From: Candidatus Hydrogenedentota bacterium
GTDB taxonomy: Bacteria; Hydrogenedentota; Hydrogenedentia; Hydrogenedentales; SLHB01
Assembly (NCBI GenBank): GCA_045863295.1
Contig: BTWA01000006.1
Coordinates: 96,001 to 160,000, forward strand
Reading direction: 5' to 3'
Length of the DNA stretch: 64,000 bases
The notes below the pieces were generated by a model. That model had not been told where the DNA came from. It did not search any database and saw only the letters and a program-made list of their open reading frames with translations. Of this stretch, positions 27,090 through 38,969 are shown piece after piece. Position 1 is the first letter of the stretch. Every line of letters starts with the position of its first letter. Both the position numbers and the translations under genes were made by a program.

Positions 27090-28424
27090 TTACAATCCGC
27101 TGTTTCGGGCGTCGGCTTCCCGATGGCCTTTGTGAGTAACGTGGAGTCGCCACATCATGATCATCATGAAGAAGACGAACAAAACGCTCATCCCCAACGC
27201 AAGTCGGTTGGTATTTTGGATGCCTTCCAAAACTCCCCCGCTGACAAGCCTTGCAATGACCCACTCCTGGAGGATGGGACCAGTGCTTGCAATGCCATTT
27301 ACGACTCCGGCAACGGCCACGCCATTTTTTTCTCCGGCTACCTGCACGGCTGCGGCACCTGCCAGCAATGTGTCAGGCCCGTATAGCATGAATCCGACGA
27401 TACCGAAACACCACGCGATGCGTACAGGCGAATCGCCGAGATAAATCACGGACAGATACCCAGCGATCAACCCTAGACCCATCGTGAAGCAAAGGGCGGC
27501 CCAGTTGCCCCGAAAGAAGCGGTCCAAAACCAAACCCGCGACGATGGCGCCCGCAATGCCGGCGTTGTCGAATATCGAGGAATAGTAGCTGGCTTCCCCA
27601 ACTCCCATACCCTGGAAGTTCAAGAACAACGGCAGCCAGGAATCGAGCGCATAACGTAGAAACTTTATGCAAAAATAGCTTACACCCATGGTCAGTACGA
27701 CCGGGTTGAGCGCGAGACGGAAATAGTCAAGTGCGTTTACGTGGTCTTCTTGCGAGGCGCGCACCGCTCTTTCGTCAATCGCTTGCTTCTGGACAATGGG
27801 ATCCAACCCTACGTCTTGAGGCTTGTTGCGCTGCCAGAAATACACAATCCACCAAATGCCAAACGAAATCGCGCTCAGACCAAAGAACGCATACCGCCAA
27901 CCCATCGCGTCCAGCAATAGGCCGCCGATGTACTTCACCATGAGATTGCCGACAAGATAACTGGTAGACCAGAATCCCATGATTGAACCGCGTTCATGCG
28001 GGCGCAACCACTGTGATACGCCACCAACGGCCCCAGGCCAACCGCTGGCTTGTACCAAGCCGTTAAACACCATAAAGACCAGAAAGGTATAATACGAGTT
28101 GGCAAACCCAAAGATTGTGTTGATGACGATCGACAATCCGAATCCAGTCAACAGAATAACTCGAGGACCGTGCCGGCGCCCCAGAAAGCTATTCGCGAAT
28201 TGGCCTATCGCATATGCCACAAGGTAGGCGAACCAGGCATTGGAGGCAAGATTGACGCCGGCTTCGACCGAAATGCCATAGTCGGCCGAAAACATTTCGG
28301 CAATCGTTGATTTGCATATGGTAAATGCTTTTCGAGTAAGGTAGTAGCCTGCATAGGCAAAGTACGTGGCAAACAGAATGCGCCAGCGCCAAAGGTGCTG
28401 CTCTCTGGACAACGGTTGCAGCAA
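27090..28424 (-). CDS. MFS transporter of the organophosphate:Pi antiporter (GlpT/UhpT) family
   Basis: YAGYYLTRK, NGLVQASGWPG, ERGSIMGFWS, KFLRY, GFMLYGPD; TTG start after GGGGAG; 5 nt upstream of phnW. Confidence 0.88.
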   Translation of the reverse strand: MLQPLSREQHLWRWRILFATYFAYAGYYLTRKAFTICKSTIAEMFSADYGISVEAGVNLASNAWFAYLVAYAIGQFANSFLGRRHGPRVILLTGFGLSIVINTIFGFANSYYTFLVFMVFNGLVQASGWPGAVGGVSQWLRPHERGSIMGFWSTSYLVGNLMVKYIGGLLLDAMGWRYAFFGLSAISFGIWWIVYFWQRNKPQDVGLDPIVQKQAIDERAVRASQEDHVNALDYFRLALNPVVLTMGVSYFCIKFLRYALDSWLPLFLNFQGMGVGEASYYSSIFDNAGIAGAIVAGLVLDRFFRGNWAALCFTMGLGLIAGYLSVIYLGDSPVRIAWCFGIVGFMLYGPDTLLAGAAAVQVAGEKNGVAVAGVVNGIASTGPILQEWVIARLVSGGVLEGIQNTNRLALGMSVLFVFFMMIMMWRLHVTHKGHREADARNSGL

Positions 28425-28740
28425 TTCGATATCTCCCCGTGACTCCGCTATGAGTCCGTATACAACGACAAAGACAAGTCCTTGGGTTTCGGCCCCCCCC
28501 ACGTTGGAAGCGATAGCATACCGGCGGAGCAATTCAAAAGGAAATCAGATCCAGAGTAAGGACAGTCCCTTTCAAATCCCCCCATCACAGGAGGCGGGAA
28601 ACACGCATATCGCCTGATACACACCTGTGCCATGTAACGCTACTCGTAACGTTACATCATTCTGCTGAATCGACCAAACTCGAACTGGCTTTGTATTTGT
28701 AAGCGATTTTATAACAATGCATTAGGGCTAATTCGCGCGA

Positions 28741-28757
28741 TTGGCATACTCATTGCG
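28741..28757 (+). promoter_or_regulatory. sigma54 (-24/-12) promoter
   Basis: TTGGCATACTCATTGCG (GG-N10-GC). Upstream are an IHF-like TAACAATGCATTA (28712-28724) and the inverted repeat TGTAACG-N10-CGTTACA (28633-28656). Confidence 0.65.
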
Positions 28758-28808
28758 CCGTTCGCTTACTGCTAGGCACATTGGGTTACGCAAATTCGGA
28801 GATTGCAC

Positions 28809-28982
28809 ATGATACGACTCTTGTTGGGAACGGCGGCCGGCGTCATTGTGGGCACGCTCACGGGGATGTCCAGGTCATGTGAATCCGGCACGTGCCCACT
28901 CACGGCCACCCCTTTTCGTGGCGCCATTTATGGCGGCATTATGGGCTTCATGTTGGCTTCTATGGCAGGTGGACCTGCCTGA
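28809..28982 (+). CDS. 57-aa two-TM protein with a CxxGxCP motif (DUF6132-like)
   Basis: Below the ORF-track cutoff. GGAG RBS; MIRLLLGTAAGVIVGTLTGMSRSCESGTCPLTATPFRGAIYGGIMGFMLASMAGGPA. Confidence 0.8.
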   Translation: MIRLLLGTAAGVIVGTLTGMSRSCESGTCPLTATPFRGAIYGGIMGFMLASMAGGPA

Positions 28983-29005
28983 TGTATCCGGATTGTGAGG
29001 GAAAC

Positions 29006-30214
29006 ATGATACAGCAAATTCCCAGACTGTCATTGTTACTTGCTCTAGTGGTAGTGACGGGTTGCGGGGCATACTCCGACTCCGGAAAATACCTCACCGA
29101 GCGATCCGCGCCGATGCCTGTACCTGTACCACTAAAGGCCGTCGAATCCGTTCAGATGAACACGTTCTACGAGGCATCCGGGACCGTACGTGCGAAATCA
29201 AACACGGTCATTCAGAGCAAAGCAACCGGGCACATCATTCGCATGGCGGTTAACGAGGGCGACCGTGTGTCCAAAGATACTGTCCTCTTGGAAATTGACG
29301 ATCGCGAAGCGCTGGCATGGGTCCAACAAGCAACCAGTGCTCTGAAAGCGGCAAGAGAGGCACGTGGCGAAGTGCAGGCCGCAACGCTCGCCGCCGCCCA
29401 CGCCCAAGACGCGGCAGACGCGAACAACGCACTGGCTAGTGCCACGTACGATAGATACAAGAGACTGCGCGATCAAGACGTTGTCAGTGAACAAGCTTAC
29501 GACGAAGCGAGCGCCAAGTGGAAAAGCGCCGCCGCTGAATCCGCCCGCGCAGCCGAGACCGTGGCCTCCATTCAAGCCCGAAGCGGAGAAGCGGAAGCCC
29601 GAATTCAACAGGCTGAGGCCGCACTTGTGAATGCCCAAACGTTGCTCTCGCACACCAAAGTACTCGCCCCATTCGATGGCGTCGTTACGAAAAAGCATGC
29701 GGATGTGGGCACCCTGGCCGCCCCCGGTTCTCCGCTGCTCGAACTGGACGCCACCGGCCAATTCCAACTGGAAGCGCTTGTGGACGAGTCCATGATAGCC
29801 ATGGTCCATCAAGGTGACACCCTTCAAATTACGGTGGACGCCATCGCCGATCGGACACTCCAAGGAGTGGTGAGCGAAGTGGTGCCCTCGGCCAGCGAAT
29901 CAAGCCGCACCTTTGTTGTACGAATCGATATTCAGACTGTGGAACCAATCATATCTGGAATGTTTGGCCGCGCCCGGTTCATCACCGGGCAAAAGGAGAC
30001 GATTCAGGTGCCAGCATCAGCGATTGTACGGCGAGGACAATTGGCATCTGTGTATGTTGTGGACGAATCCCTCGTTGCGCGCATGCGGCTGGTCACACTG
30101 GGGAAAGCGAACGGCGATACCGTTGAGATTCTGAGCGGACTGGATGCGGGCGAACGAATTGTAGTCGATGGAATCGACCGGGTTAGAGACGGGTGTAGGA
30201 TTGAAGCGAACTGA
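29006..30214 (+). CDS. RND efflux membrane fusion protein (lipoprotein)
   Basis: Lipobox VTGC; VNEGDRV, coiled-coil hairpin, APFDGVV, SRTFVVR, GMFGR. Confidence 0.93.
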   Translation: MIQQIPRLSLLLALVVVTGCGAYSDSGKYLTERSAPMPVPVPLKAVESVQMNTFYEASGTVRAKSNTVIQSKATGHIIRMAVNEGDRVSKDTVLLEIDDREALAWVQQATSALKAAREARGEVQAATLAAAHAQDAADANNALASATYDRYKRLRDQDVVSEQAYDEASAKWKSAAAESARAAETVASIQARSGEAEARIQQAEAALVNAQTLLSHTKVLAPFDGVVTKKHADVGTLAAPGSPLLELDATGQFQLEALVDESMIAMVHQGDTLQITVDAIADRTLQGVVSEVVPSASESSRTFVVRIDIQTVEPIISGMFGRARFITGQKETIQVPASAIVRRGQLASVYVVDESLVARMRLVTLGKANGDTVEILSGLDAGERIVVDGIDRVRDGCRIEAN

Positions 30215-30267
30215 CGCCCCTGTTTCTGAGGTCGTGCCAGACCAAACGCGCACAGGAGACTGACTGA

Positions 30268-33200
30268 ATGAGTAGGCCGACTGGAATTGCTGGGCGTATG
30301 GCCCACGCGTTCATCGACAGCAAGCTCACCCCCTTGCTCGTCGGCGCCTCTATTCTATTGGGTATTGGGGCGGTTGTCCTGCTTCCACGAGAAGAAGAAC
30401 CGCAGATCATTGTTCCGATGATCGACGTATTCGTTCAGATGCCCGGCGCGAGCGCCAAGGAAGTGGAAGAACGTGTCACGAAACCCATGGAGAAGCTTCT
30501 CTGGGAAATTCCGGGCGTCGAATATATCTATTCCACTTCCAGCCCCGGACAGTCGATGGCCATCGTTCGATTTCTCGTTGGTCAGAACGAGGAAGCGGCC
30601 ATCGTGCGGTTGAATCAGAAGATGTTTGCGAATTTCGATGTCATTCCGCAGGGTGCGTCTCAGCCCATCGTAAAACCTCGATCCATAGATGATGTGCCAA
30701 TACTCAGTTTGACACTCTCCAGCAACCGATATGGGCACTTTGAGTTACGGAGGGTGGCCACGCAGTTGCACGATGCGATCAAAGAGGTCGGCAATGTATC
30801 GGAAGTAAAGGTCATAGGTGGGCAGCGCAGGCAACTGCGGGTTGTATTGGATAAAGTAAAAATGGCTTCGCGGCAGGTGGATCCTGTCACGATCCAAAAT
30901 ATGTTGAGTCACGCAAACGCAAAAAGTATACCCGGGCGATTCGCCTCCAATAATCAAGAGTTTCTTGTGGAGGCGGGCCGCTGGCTACAGGATGCCGACG
31001 ATGTCGGCAGCGTTGTGGTGGGCACCTTCGAGCAACGGCCGGTATACTTGCGCGATGTATCGACCATTGATGACGGACCGGAAGAACCGCTGAATTATGT
31101 GTATCACGGCAACGGGCCTGCGGCCAATCATACCCGCCGACTGGACGATCGTTCAGTTGCGGATCCCGTCGGCGCATCGATTGCGCCCGCGGTGACCATT
31201 ACAGTCGCCAAGCGCAAAGGAACCAACGCCACCCATGTAGCCGATGCCGTGTTGACAAAAGTCGATGCCTTGCGCGGTAAAGTCATCCCAGGCGACATAC
31301 AGGTGGTCGTATCGCGTAATTACGGTGAAACCGCTGCTGAAAAATCCAACGAGTTGCTGTATCACATGGCGCTGGCCATCGTCTCGGTCACAATACTCGT
31401 GGCACTGGCCCTGGGGCTGCGTGAATCCGGATCTGTGGCCATCGCGATTCCCGTCACGTTGGCTTTAACCCTGGTCGTCTTCTATTTCTTCGGCTATACC
31501 ATTAATCGAGTCACCCTCTTTGCCTTAATATTCTCCATCGGCATCCTGGTAGACGATGCGATTGTCGTGGTCGAGAATATCGTCCGCCATTTTCGTTTGC
31601 CTGAAAACAAAGCCCGGCCCGCTCTCGAGATTGCCGTCGAAGCCGTCGACGAAGTAGGCAACCCCACGATTCTCGCCACGGCGGCTGTCATCGCAGCGAT
31701 TCTTCCCATGGCTTTTGTACGTGGGTTAATGGGTCCCTACATGCTGCCCATTCCCGTGGGGGCATCGGCCGCCATGGTATTTTCAGTGCTGGTATCTTTT
31801 ATGGTCACTCCGTGGGCAGCCTATCGATTGATTCGGCACGATGAAAACGTCGAAAAAGGAAGTCGCTGGATCCGGCTATTCTTACGCAAACCAAATAGTG
31901 CACCTTTACAAAACCATACCGCACACAGCGAAGGTTGGATGGACAGACTCTACCGGCGGGTGATGAACCCATTGATCGCTAATCCGTTCTATCGATACGG
32001 GTTCCTCGGAGGGGTAGTCGTTCTGTTGCTTGCCGCGTGCGCGCTGGTCCCCATGGGCAAAGTGCTTGTGAAGATGCTGCCGTTCGACAACAAAAGCGAG
32101 TTTCAAGTGATTGTGGACATGCCGGAAGGGTCCCCATTGGAAAGGACCGCGGCCGTAACCCGTGACATTGCCGCTTACATCGAAAGCGTCCCGGAGGTCA
32201 CCGATTTCCAGATGTATGTCGGCGCGGCATCACCGCACAATTTCAATGGACTGGTGAGACACTATTTCCTTCGCCAGAATCCGAACGAAGCCGACATACA
32301 GGTGAATTTGGAACCTCGCCACGATCGAAAAGCGCAAAGTCACGACATAGCGAAGCGGGTGCGTCCCTCCATTGCGGCCATTGCCAAACGATATGGCGCA
32401 CGAATCAAAGTGGCGGAAGTTCCCCCGGGTCCGCCGGTTCTGCAGACGCTAGTCGCCGAGATATACGGTCCTGATTATGACCGGCAGATGGCTTTGGCCA
32501 GGCAGGTGCGCGACATATTTGAGAATACTGAGGGGGTTGTGGATGTCGATTCGTACGTCGAGGACGATCAAGTCAAGTATCAATTGATTGCTGATCAAGA
32601 GAAAGCGGCGCTGAACGGGGTTTCCGTCGAATTAGTTTCGCAGACACTACAAATCGCATTGAACGGTATGAACGTCGGATTATTGCACAAGCCCGAAGAG
32701 AAGGAGGACATTTCAATCCATCTTCAATTTGACCGCGGCCAACGCTCCGACTTGGAAGCCTTACAGGAAATAAAGGTCAAAGGTCACTCCGGAAATCTCG
32801 TTTCGCTGGGCGAACTGGTGGAAGTTAAAGAGACCATTCAAGACAAGAGTATCTACCACAAGAACATGATGCCGGTAGTTTACGTCACGGGCGACGTGGG
32901 CGGCAAAGGTGAAAGCCCTGTTTACGTCATATTCGACTTGATGCAAAAGGTCGAGTCGCTGGAATTGCCCAGCGGTTCCCGAGTTGAGCAATACTCCACA
33001 CAGCAACCCGAGAGTACGGAAGATCTCTCCATCAAGTGGGACGGGGAATGGTATCTGACGTACGAAGTATTCAGGGATATGGGTATCGCCTTCGCTGCAG
33101 TGCTGGTGCTCATTTTTATTCTGGTTGTGGGTTGGTTTCAGTCCATGAAGACACCCTTGGTCATCATGGCGGCCATTCCATTCTCGTTGGTGGGCATTTT

Positions 33201-33567
33201 GCCCGCTCACTGGTTGCTCGGAGCCTTTTTCACGGCAACGAGCATGATTGGGTTTATCGCCGGCGCGGGAATTGTAGTGCGAAACTCGATCATTTTGGTC
33301 GATTTCATTGAACTCCGGCTGGCGGAAGGCATGCCACTAGCTCAAGCAGTGGTGGATGCCGGGGCCGTACGATTTCGGCCAATGCTGCTGACAGCGGCAG
33401 CGGTCGTGGTCGGCGCCTCGGTGATTCTGTTTGACCCTATATTTCAGGGCCTTGCATTATCGCTGATGGCCGGGGAGATTGCCTCGCTCCTGCTCTCGCG
33501 CATGGCCGTTCCCATCTTGTACTACCTCTCGCGAAAGCACGAACTGGAAATCGCCAAAGCCGCGTAG
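30268..33567 (+). CDS. RND efflux permease (AcrB/CzcA superfamily)
   Basis: [41 protein letters not shown]; 1099 aa. Confidence 0.95.
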   Translation: MSRPTGIAGRMAHAFIDSKLTPLLVGASILLGIGAVVLLPREEEPQIIVPMIDVFVQMPGASAKEVEERVTKPMEKLLWEIPGVEYIYSTSSPGQSMAIVRFLVGQNEEAAIVRLNQKMFANFDVIPQGASQPIVKPRSIDDVPILSLTLSSNRYGHFELRRVATQLHDAIKEVGNVSEVKVIGGQRRQLRVVLDKVKMASRQVDPVTIQNMLSHANAKSIPGRFASNNQEFLVEAGRWLQDADDVGSVVVGTFEQRPVYLRDVSTIDDGPEEPLNYVYHGNGPAANHTRRLDDRSVADPVGASIAPAVTITVAKRKGTNATHVADAVLTKVDALRGKVIPGDIQVVVSRNYGETAAEKSNELLYHMALAIVSVTILVALALGLRESGSVAIAIPVTLALTLVVFYFFGYTINRVTLFALIFSIGILVDDAIVVVENIVRHFRLPENKARPALEIAVEAVDEVGNPTILATAAVIAAILPMAFVRGLMGPYMLPIPVGASAAMVFSVLVSFMVTPWAAYRLIRHDENVEKGSRWIRLFLRKPNSAPLQNHTAHSEGWMDRLYRRVMNPLIANPFYRYGFLGGVVVLLLAACALVPMGKVLVKMLPFDNKSEFQVIVDMPEGSPLERTAAVTRDIAAYIESVPEVTDFQMYVGAASPHNFNGLVRHYFLRQNPNEADIQVNLEPRHDRKAQSHDIAKRVRPSIAAIAKRYGARIKVAEVPPGPPVLQTLVAEIYGPDYDRQMALARQVRDIFENTEGVVDVDSYVEDDQVKYQLIADQEKAALNGVSVELVSQTLQIALNGMNVGLLHKPEEKEDISIHLQFDRGQRSDLEALQEIKVKGHSGNLVSLGELVEVKETIQDKSIYHKNMMPVVYVTGDVGGKGESPVYVIFDLMQKVESLELPSGSRVEQYSTQQPESTEDLSIKWDGEWYLTYEVFRDMGIAFAAVLVLIFILVVGWFQSMKTPLVIMAAIPFSLVGILPAHWLLGAFFTATSMIGFIAGAGIVVRNSIILVDFIELRLAEGMPLAQAVVDAGAVRFRPMLLTAAAVVVGASVILFDPIFQGLALSLMAGEIASLLLSRMAVPILYYLSRKHELEIAKAA

Positions 33568-33588
33568 CGGCATCAAAGAGCCCAATAC

Positions 33589-35334
33589 TCAGGGAACAGG
33601 GAGTTGCGGAGATCCTGGAAATGCCCCAGACTGACCTCTCCCCACCCGAATCGTCTCGCCGGTTCGTCCATTGATGAATTCGGCAGTGGGCGGCGTCTCC
33701 GCAATCTGTTCGAGACGCCATGGATACATCAAATCGTCTCCAGGCGTCAGGCGCATCTCTTGTCCAGAGGATTCGAATCGAAAGATATGTCTGTCCCCAA
33801 CGCTTCCCACGTACTTCACCCAAATCTGCGGGATGGAAGGCTGGGATGGCACAGGAGACACGGGGGGCTCAATCCTGTCCCCATCCGGAGGCGGTTCGGG
33901 CAACGGCGCAGGCGAACGCACCGGCGGCGTTGCACGTCGGACTTCGCGCGGACCGACCAGCCGCTCGGGGATAGGGATCGCAATTCTATTCTGAACGGCA
34001 TTCGACCCCCGCACAAAACGGATTTCGACGGCATCGGCTTCAGGCACTGTACGGCGAATCTCGTACATATCCAGAAGCAGCGACAAAGCGAACCGTGGCT
34101 GCACAGGCACACTTGTACCCTGTCCCACGCTTTCACCACGAAACCGCCAGACATCACCGTCCATCGGGATGGGCCGGAAGTCGTCCTCCCCTGAAACACG
34201 TGCGTAAACCTCGACCCCAAACTCCGCTTCCGCCTCGGCTTGTCTCGGTATGGAAACGGAACGTGGTTGGCTGCCATTGTTTCGAATAACAACATTGACA
34301 AGTCCACGGGTGGGATTGCTCAATGTGGCTTCAAATTCCAAATTGGGCGCGCTCCGCATAAATGCCGAGGCGGCAAGCAGGACGCCCATGGAAACAAGCA
34401 ATATTCCTCCGGCGACCGCCGCCTGTCTGAACGTGGCTGAAAGTGTATTGGCGGATGGGGCTACCCGCTGCGCGCCAAGGTAGACCAGCGCAACGCCGGT
34501 CATGCTGTACAGCATGGATCCTGCGTGGTATATCTGCAGAAATGAGGACAAATAGCTCGCATCGAGCGGCCACGACGCCCAGGCCAGACCCGGCAAAAGA
34601 CCCGCGGCAAACAGGATCAAGCCGTTGACCAGAAGCCCCCATCCGGCCAACCGGCTTTTACGTCTCATCGCAAAGGGGGGCGCAAAAAGCGGCAGCACGA
34701 GCCAAATGGACCAAATCCAATTCAGGCCGTTCGCCGGTGGATTCGTGCGAACCCACGTAAACAGGGAAATCGACTGGTCGTTTGACCAAGTCCAAGGCAT
34801 GAATACGGAGGCAATGGCGAAGGCCGACAGTACTAGGGTTAGCCACAGGTGACCGGTGGGGACTTGAGGGATTACGGGAGGCAACAGTGCGGCATAGCGA
34901 TCCAGCGGCAAGTCAATGAATCCACCGAGTTCGTCCGCATTTCTCGCCGCTCGAATCTGGTTCATGAATGCGATATCGGCGTCCATCGACGCCAGTTCCT
35001 CCAGGCTCTTGCGGTTCAAGTCGTTGGCAAGAGGTCCCGGCACACTGTTTTGTGCCACTTGCCGGAGTAAAACGTTGCGTTTTTCCTGCAGGCGCTTTTG
35101 CTCGGCGACCAATTCGTCAAGATATCGATTGCATTGAGTGCGAATCTTGGCCACGGCGGCTTCGGCAATCTGAATGTCGTAATGGTAACGATGAATCAGA
35201 TCCTTGTGGCGTTCCGGCGATAAGGCGCGCTCCTTAAGCGCGCGATCACATTCCGAGCAGGCGGTACGCAATTTTTGGCATTGCGACAAGGCAATGCGGA
35301 GCGATTTCTGAAGTTCCTTCTTACTCACGCGCAC
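33589..35334 (-). CDS. Hypothetical multi-domain membrane protein
   Basis: N-terminal coiled coil, about 5 TMs, a beta-rich domain, a Pro-rich linker and a small C-terminal domain; overlaps the pyrG stop. Confidence 0.75.
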   Translation of the reverse strand: MRVSKKELQKSLRIALSQCQKLRTACSECDRALKERALSPERHKDLIHRYHYDIQIAEAAVAKIRTQCNRYLDELVAEQKRLQEKRNVLLRQVAQNSVPGPLANDLNRKSLEELASMDADIAFMNQIRAARNADELGGFIDLPLDRYAALLPPVIPQVPTGHLWLTLVLSAFAIASVFMPWTWSNDQSISLFTWVRTNPPANGLNWIWSIWLVLPLFAPPFAMRRKSRLAGWGLLVNGLILFAAGLLPGLAWASWPLDASYLSSFLQIYHAGSMLYSMTGVALVYLGAQRVAPSANTLSATFRQAAVAGGILLVSMGVLLAASAFMRSAPNLEFEATLSNPTRGLVNVVIRNNGSQPRSVSIPRQAEAEAEFGVEVYARVSGEDDFRPIPMDGDVWRFRGESVGQGTSVPVQPRFALSLLLDMYEIRRTVPEADAVEIRFVRGSNAVQNRIAIPIPERLVGPREVRRATPPVRSPAPLPEPPPDGDRIEPPVSPVPSQPSIPQIWVKYVGSVGDRHIFRFESSGQEMRLTPGDDLMYPWRLEQIAETPPTAEFINGRTGETIRVGRGQSGAFPGSPQLPVP

Positions 35335-36952
35335 TTCGATTCGCCAGCGCCGCCTTTACAAAATCTCGAAACAGCGGTTGGGGGGCTAATGGGGTACTGG
35401 TGAATTCAGGGTGAAACTGCGACGCACAAAACCAAGGATGGTCCTTTAACTCGATTATCTCAACCAACTCATGATCGCCTCGATTGAATGTGCCGCTTAC
35501 GATCAATCCGGCTTCTGCCTCAAGACGCTCACGGTACAAGTTGTTGAACTCGTAACGGTGCCGGTGGCGTTCCTCCACCGAGTCCGCACCGTACGCCGCA
35601 TGAGCTTTCGTACCAGGAGTCAATTCGCAGCGATAAGCGCCTAACCGCATCGTGCCGCCCAAGTCTTTAATGCCGCGCTGTTCGGACAAAAGACTAATAA
35701 CCGGATCGGGACTTTCCGTATCAAACTCGGTGGAGTTCGCCTTGGGCAGCCCAAGTCTGTTGCGTGACATTTCAATTACGGCGATCTGCATGCCGAGACA
35801 CACCCCAAGGAAAGGCTTTTGGGTTTCCCGAACATAGTTCACCGCGCGAATCTTACCTTCAATGCCACGCGCTCCGAACCCTGGACCTACAAGAACACCG
35901 TCGTAGTCCCGAAGGCGGTCCTTGGGTAATACGCCGTTTTCAAACTGTTCCGAATCCACCCACTCGGTGACCACGCGGCAATCATTGGCAATGCCCGCGT
36001 GCACCAACGCTTCGTTGATACTCTTGTACGCGTCTTCGTGCTCGATATACTTTCCAACAGCGGCAATACGCACTTCATTTTTTGGAGAATTGATCTTCTC
36101 GATGATCTGTTCCCATTCAGACAAATCTTGCTTCGGAGCATCAATTCCAAGAATCCGAAGAACGGTCTCGTCAAATCCTTGCTCGTGAAGCGCAAGGGGC
36201 ACCGCATATACTGGTGAAGTGTCCTGTGCGCCGATAATGCACTCCTGCGTAACATTGCAGAACATCGCAATCTTCCGGCGCTCATCCGAACCAAGCGCCT
36301 CCCTGCCGGTCCGGCAGATAATGACATTCGGCTGTATACCAATGTCCCGCAATGCGCGAACACTGTGTTGGGTTGGCTTAGTCTTCAACTCTCCGGACGC
36401 CTCAATATACGGAACCAGCGTCACATGCACACTGCAGCATGGCTGTGGAAGCATTTCCAGAATGAACTGCCGAATAGCCTCCAGGAAGGGCAGACTCTCG
36501 ATATCGCCCACGGTGCCGCCCACTTCCACGATGGCGACATCGGCATCGTCCTCCGCATCCGCCGTGAGTTGACGGATACGCAGTTTAATCTCGTCGGTGA
36601 TGTGTGGAATCACCTGAACCGTCTTGCCAAGGTATTCGCCACGCCGTTCCTTTTCAATCACGGCATGGTAAACGCTACCCGTAGTGAAGTTACTCTTCTG
36701 GGAAATGCGTGCATGAGTGAACCGTTGATAATGCCCCAAATCAAGATCGGTTTCAGCCCCGTCATGGGTGACGAACACCTCGCCATGTTCGAAGGGGTTC
36801 ATGGTGCCGGGATCCACGTTGATGTATGGATCCATCTTCATCATGGCCACCTTCAGCCCTCGTGACTCCAACAGCAAGCCCAAGCTGGCTGCGGCAATTC
36901 CTTTGCCAATGGAAGACACCACCCCTCCGGTAACAAATACATAACGTGGCAT
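35321..36952 (-). CDS. pyrG: CTP synthase
   Basis: [56 protein letters not shown]. Confidence 0.98.
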   Translation of the reverse strand: MPRYVFVTGGVVSSIGKGIAAASLGLLLESRGLKVAMMKMDPYINVDPGTMNPFEHGEVFVTHDGAETDLDLGHYQRFTHARISQKSNFTTGSVYHAVIEKERRGEYLGKTVQVIPHITDEIKLRIRQLTADAEDDADVAIVEVGGTVGDIESLPFLEAIRQFILEMLPQPCCSVHVTLVPYIEASGELKTKPTQHSVRALRDIGIQPNVIICRTGREALGSDERRKIAMFCNVTQECIIGAQDTSPVYAVPLALHEQGFDETVLRILGIDAPKQDLSEWEQIIEKINSPKNEVRIAAVGKYIEHEDAYKSINEALVHAGIANDCRVVTEWVDSEQFENGVLPKDRLRDYDGVLVGPGFGARGIEGKIRAVNYVRETQKPFLGVCLGMQIAVIEMSRNRLGLPKANSTEFDTESPDPVISLLSEQRGIKDLGGTMRLGAYRCELTPGTKAHAAYGADSVEERHRHRYEFNNLYRERLEAEAGLIVSGTFNRGDHELVEIIELKDHPWFCASQFHPEFTSTPLAPQPLFRDFVKAALANRSARE

Positions 36953-36958
36953 TTCCGA

Positions 36959-37717
36959 TCACCCTTGTACTATGTGTTCAATCATTACGCGGACACGTTC
37001 CAAATCTTCCGGGGTGTCGACCCCGATACTCTTGTAAGAAGTTTCGATGACGCCAATCGCATGGCCATGCTCCAGCACGCGCAATTGCTCCAGCTTTTCC
37101 AGTTTCTCCAACGTCGTGGGTTGCCATTTCGCAAATTCAAGCAAGAACGAGCGCCGGTACACGTACAGGCCAATGTGCTGCCAATAACAGGGAGGGCAAC
37201 ACTCGCGATCGGCCGAGTCCCGAATATGGGGAATCGGCGAACGGGAAAAGTAGAGCGCCTTTCCGTGGCTGTCGCAAACCACTTTGACCACATTGGGATT
37301 GAGGATATCGTCGTTGTCGATTAGAAGCCGGCGGGCCGTGGACATGGAAAGAGATTCGTCGTCCAACATGACCTCAACAGCGGCGTCTATAGTATGGGGA
37401 TCAATTAAGGGCTCATCGCCCTGAACATTCACAATCAGATCGGCGGTTGTGCCATTTGCTACTTCGGAAATACGATCGGTCCCAGATGGATGATCGGGGC
37501 GAGTGAGCACAACCGGAACGTGGAGATCACGCAATGGCCCGGCCACGCGTTCATCGTCGGTGGCGACCACGACATCCGATACCAGCGTCGCCTTCAAGGC
37601 CCGCTGAAACGTGTGCCAAACCAGGGGTTTGCCGCCTATCGGAGCCATGACCTTGCCCGGGAATCGCGTAGAGGCAAACCGGGCCGGAATGACAGCCAAA
37701 ACCTTGTGGGCGGCCAT
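36959..37717 (-). CDS. kdsB: 3-deoxy-manno-octulosonate cytidylyltransferase
   Basis: IPARFASTRFPGK, SGTDR, NVQGDEP, ALYFSRSPIP, HIGLY, LEQLRVLE. Confidence 0.97.
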   Translation of the reverse strand: MAAHKVLAVIPARFASTRFPGKVMAPIGGKPLVWHTFQRALKATLVSDVVVATDDERVAGPLRDLHVPVVLTRPDHPSGTDRISEVANGTTADLIVNVQGDEPLIDPHTIDAAVEVMLDDESLSMSTARRLLIDNDDILNPNVVKVVCDSHGKALYFSRSPIPHIRDSADRECCPPCYWQHIGLYVYRRSFLLEFAKWQPTTLEKLEKLEQLRVLEHGHAIGVIETSYKSIGVDTPEDLERVRVMIEHIVQG

Positions 37718-37918
37718 GGCGATTGTAAACCCCTCTCCCAGTTAGCCGCACGGCACGGCGCAAGACAGTCAACGCGCAAAGAATCGGGTCCAGACGCCGA
37801 AAAACTGTACAAATTGCGGGAGAAATGGAGGGAACATCCCGTTTCCCCAACGGGAGTGTATTGTAACCGAGTTATTCTCCGAAATCAACGGTATAGCGGA
37901 AAACCGAGACCTGCAAGG

Positions 37919-38884
37919 TCACCCCTCGTCCGCCATCTGCCGCATCCGTTCGAAGCAATGCTCCACGAGCATTTCGTGCCCCCCTTCAAAGATAACCAAC
38001 GACACAGGTCCTGTCTGGCGCATGTAGTAAACAGCCCGGCCATCGATAGGCTTACTTTCCGTCGATTGTCCAACATTTCTGCTCAGCAAGTTGATCATGT
38101 CCTCCATGGAAACGAGCGAGGGGTGACCCGGCGCCAATACCGCCACCTTGTTGTAAAACAAAAGGGAGTGAGAGATCGGAACGCTTCCTGTGTAGCCATC
38201 ATGTATACCTTCGTAGATTTCGAGTTGCCCATTCGGCAGTTGCGTCACATTCCAGTGCAGCGGTGACCGGCGTCTGGCCTCCTCGCTATCCAACGCAGCA
38301 CCGGACGACGTGCTCCGCAGTATATGATCGGCATATTCCTGTTTTGCGTTGACGCACTGCCAGTACCACGCTTCGATGTCGCTGATGGCTGCCCAGGCCA
38401 GAAAGGCCTTGACCGGATGGCGGGTTCTCAAATAGGTGCCCAGGGTTGCGTAGCCGCCTCCCGATACGCCGGTGACAAAGATATTGCTGGTATCCACCTT
38501 TCCCGTGGTGAGGGCAAATTGTATCGCGTCGTCGATGTCGGCAATGGCTTTGTCGCTCAAACACGCATCTGGCGACCAATTCGGACCTCGAAAGTCAGGG
38601 TGGATGTAGTTCCAATTGGCTTCCAGCGCCTTGGCGGCCAGCGGGTCCGTCTGGGTATAGTTGCCTGACCAGGTATGAAGGCTGACAAGCAGCGGTCGAG
38701 GGGTATCACCCTGAGATTGGGCAAAATATGCACGTTGCAAGACCCCGTCCAGGCTGCTGGGAATGTCTATCAACGTATACTCCCCTGGCCATGGTTCGGG
38801 TGAAGGATCGGGAGTTCCCTTGGTGACGCACCCGGCAACCAGCAAAACGATAAAGAACAGGGAAAAGGGATAGAGTGATTTCAT
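37919..38884 (-). CDS. Lipoprotein alpha/beta hydrolase (S9/esterase-like)
   Basis: Lipobox VAGC; nucleophile motif GVSGGG; HDG; FEGGHE. Confidence 0.85.
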   Translation of the reverse strand: MKSLYPFSLFFIVLLVAGCVTKGTPDPSPEPWPGEYTLIDIPSSLDGVLQRAYFAQSQGDTPRPLLVSLHTWSGNYTQTDPLAAKALEANWNYIHPDFRGPNWSPDACLSDKAIADIDDAIQFALTTGKVDTSNIFVTGVSGGGYATLGTYLRTRHPVKAFLAWAAISDIEAWYWQCVNAKQEYADHILRSTSSGAALDSEEARRRSPLHWNVTQLPNGQLEIYEGIHDGYTGSVPISHSLLFYNKVAVLAPGHPSLVSMEDMINLLSRNVGQSTESKPIDGRAVYYMRQTGPVSLVIFEGGHEMLVEHCFERMRQMADEG

Positions 38885-38969
38885 TGCGCCTCGCCTCATG
38901 CGGCCTGGGTCTAGGGAGTATGCCAAAATGTTGGACGATTGGCCAGGAAAGCGACTTAGGAGAAGAACG

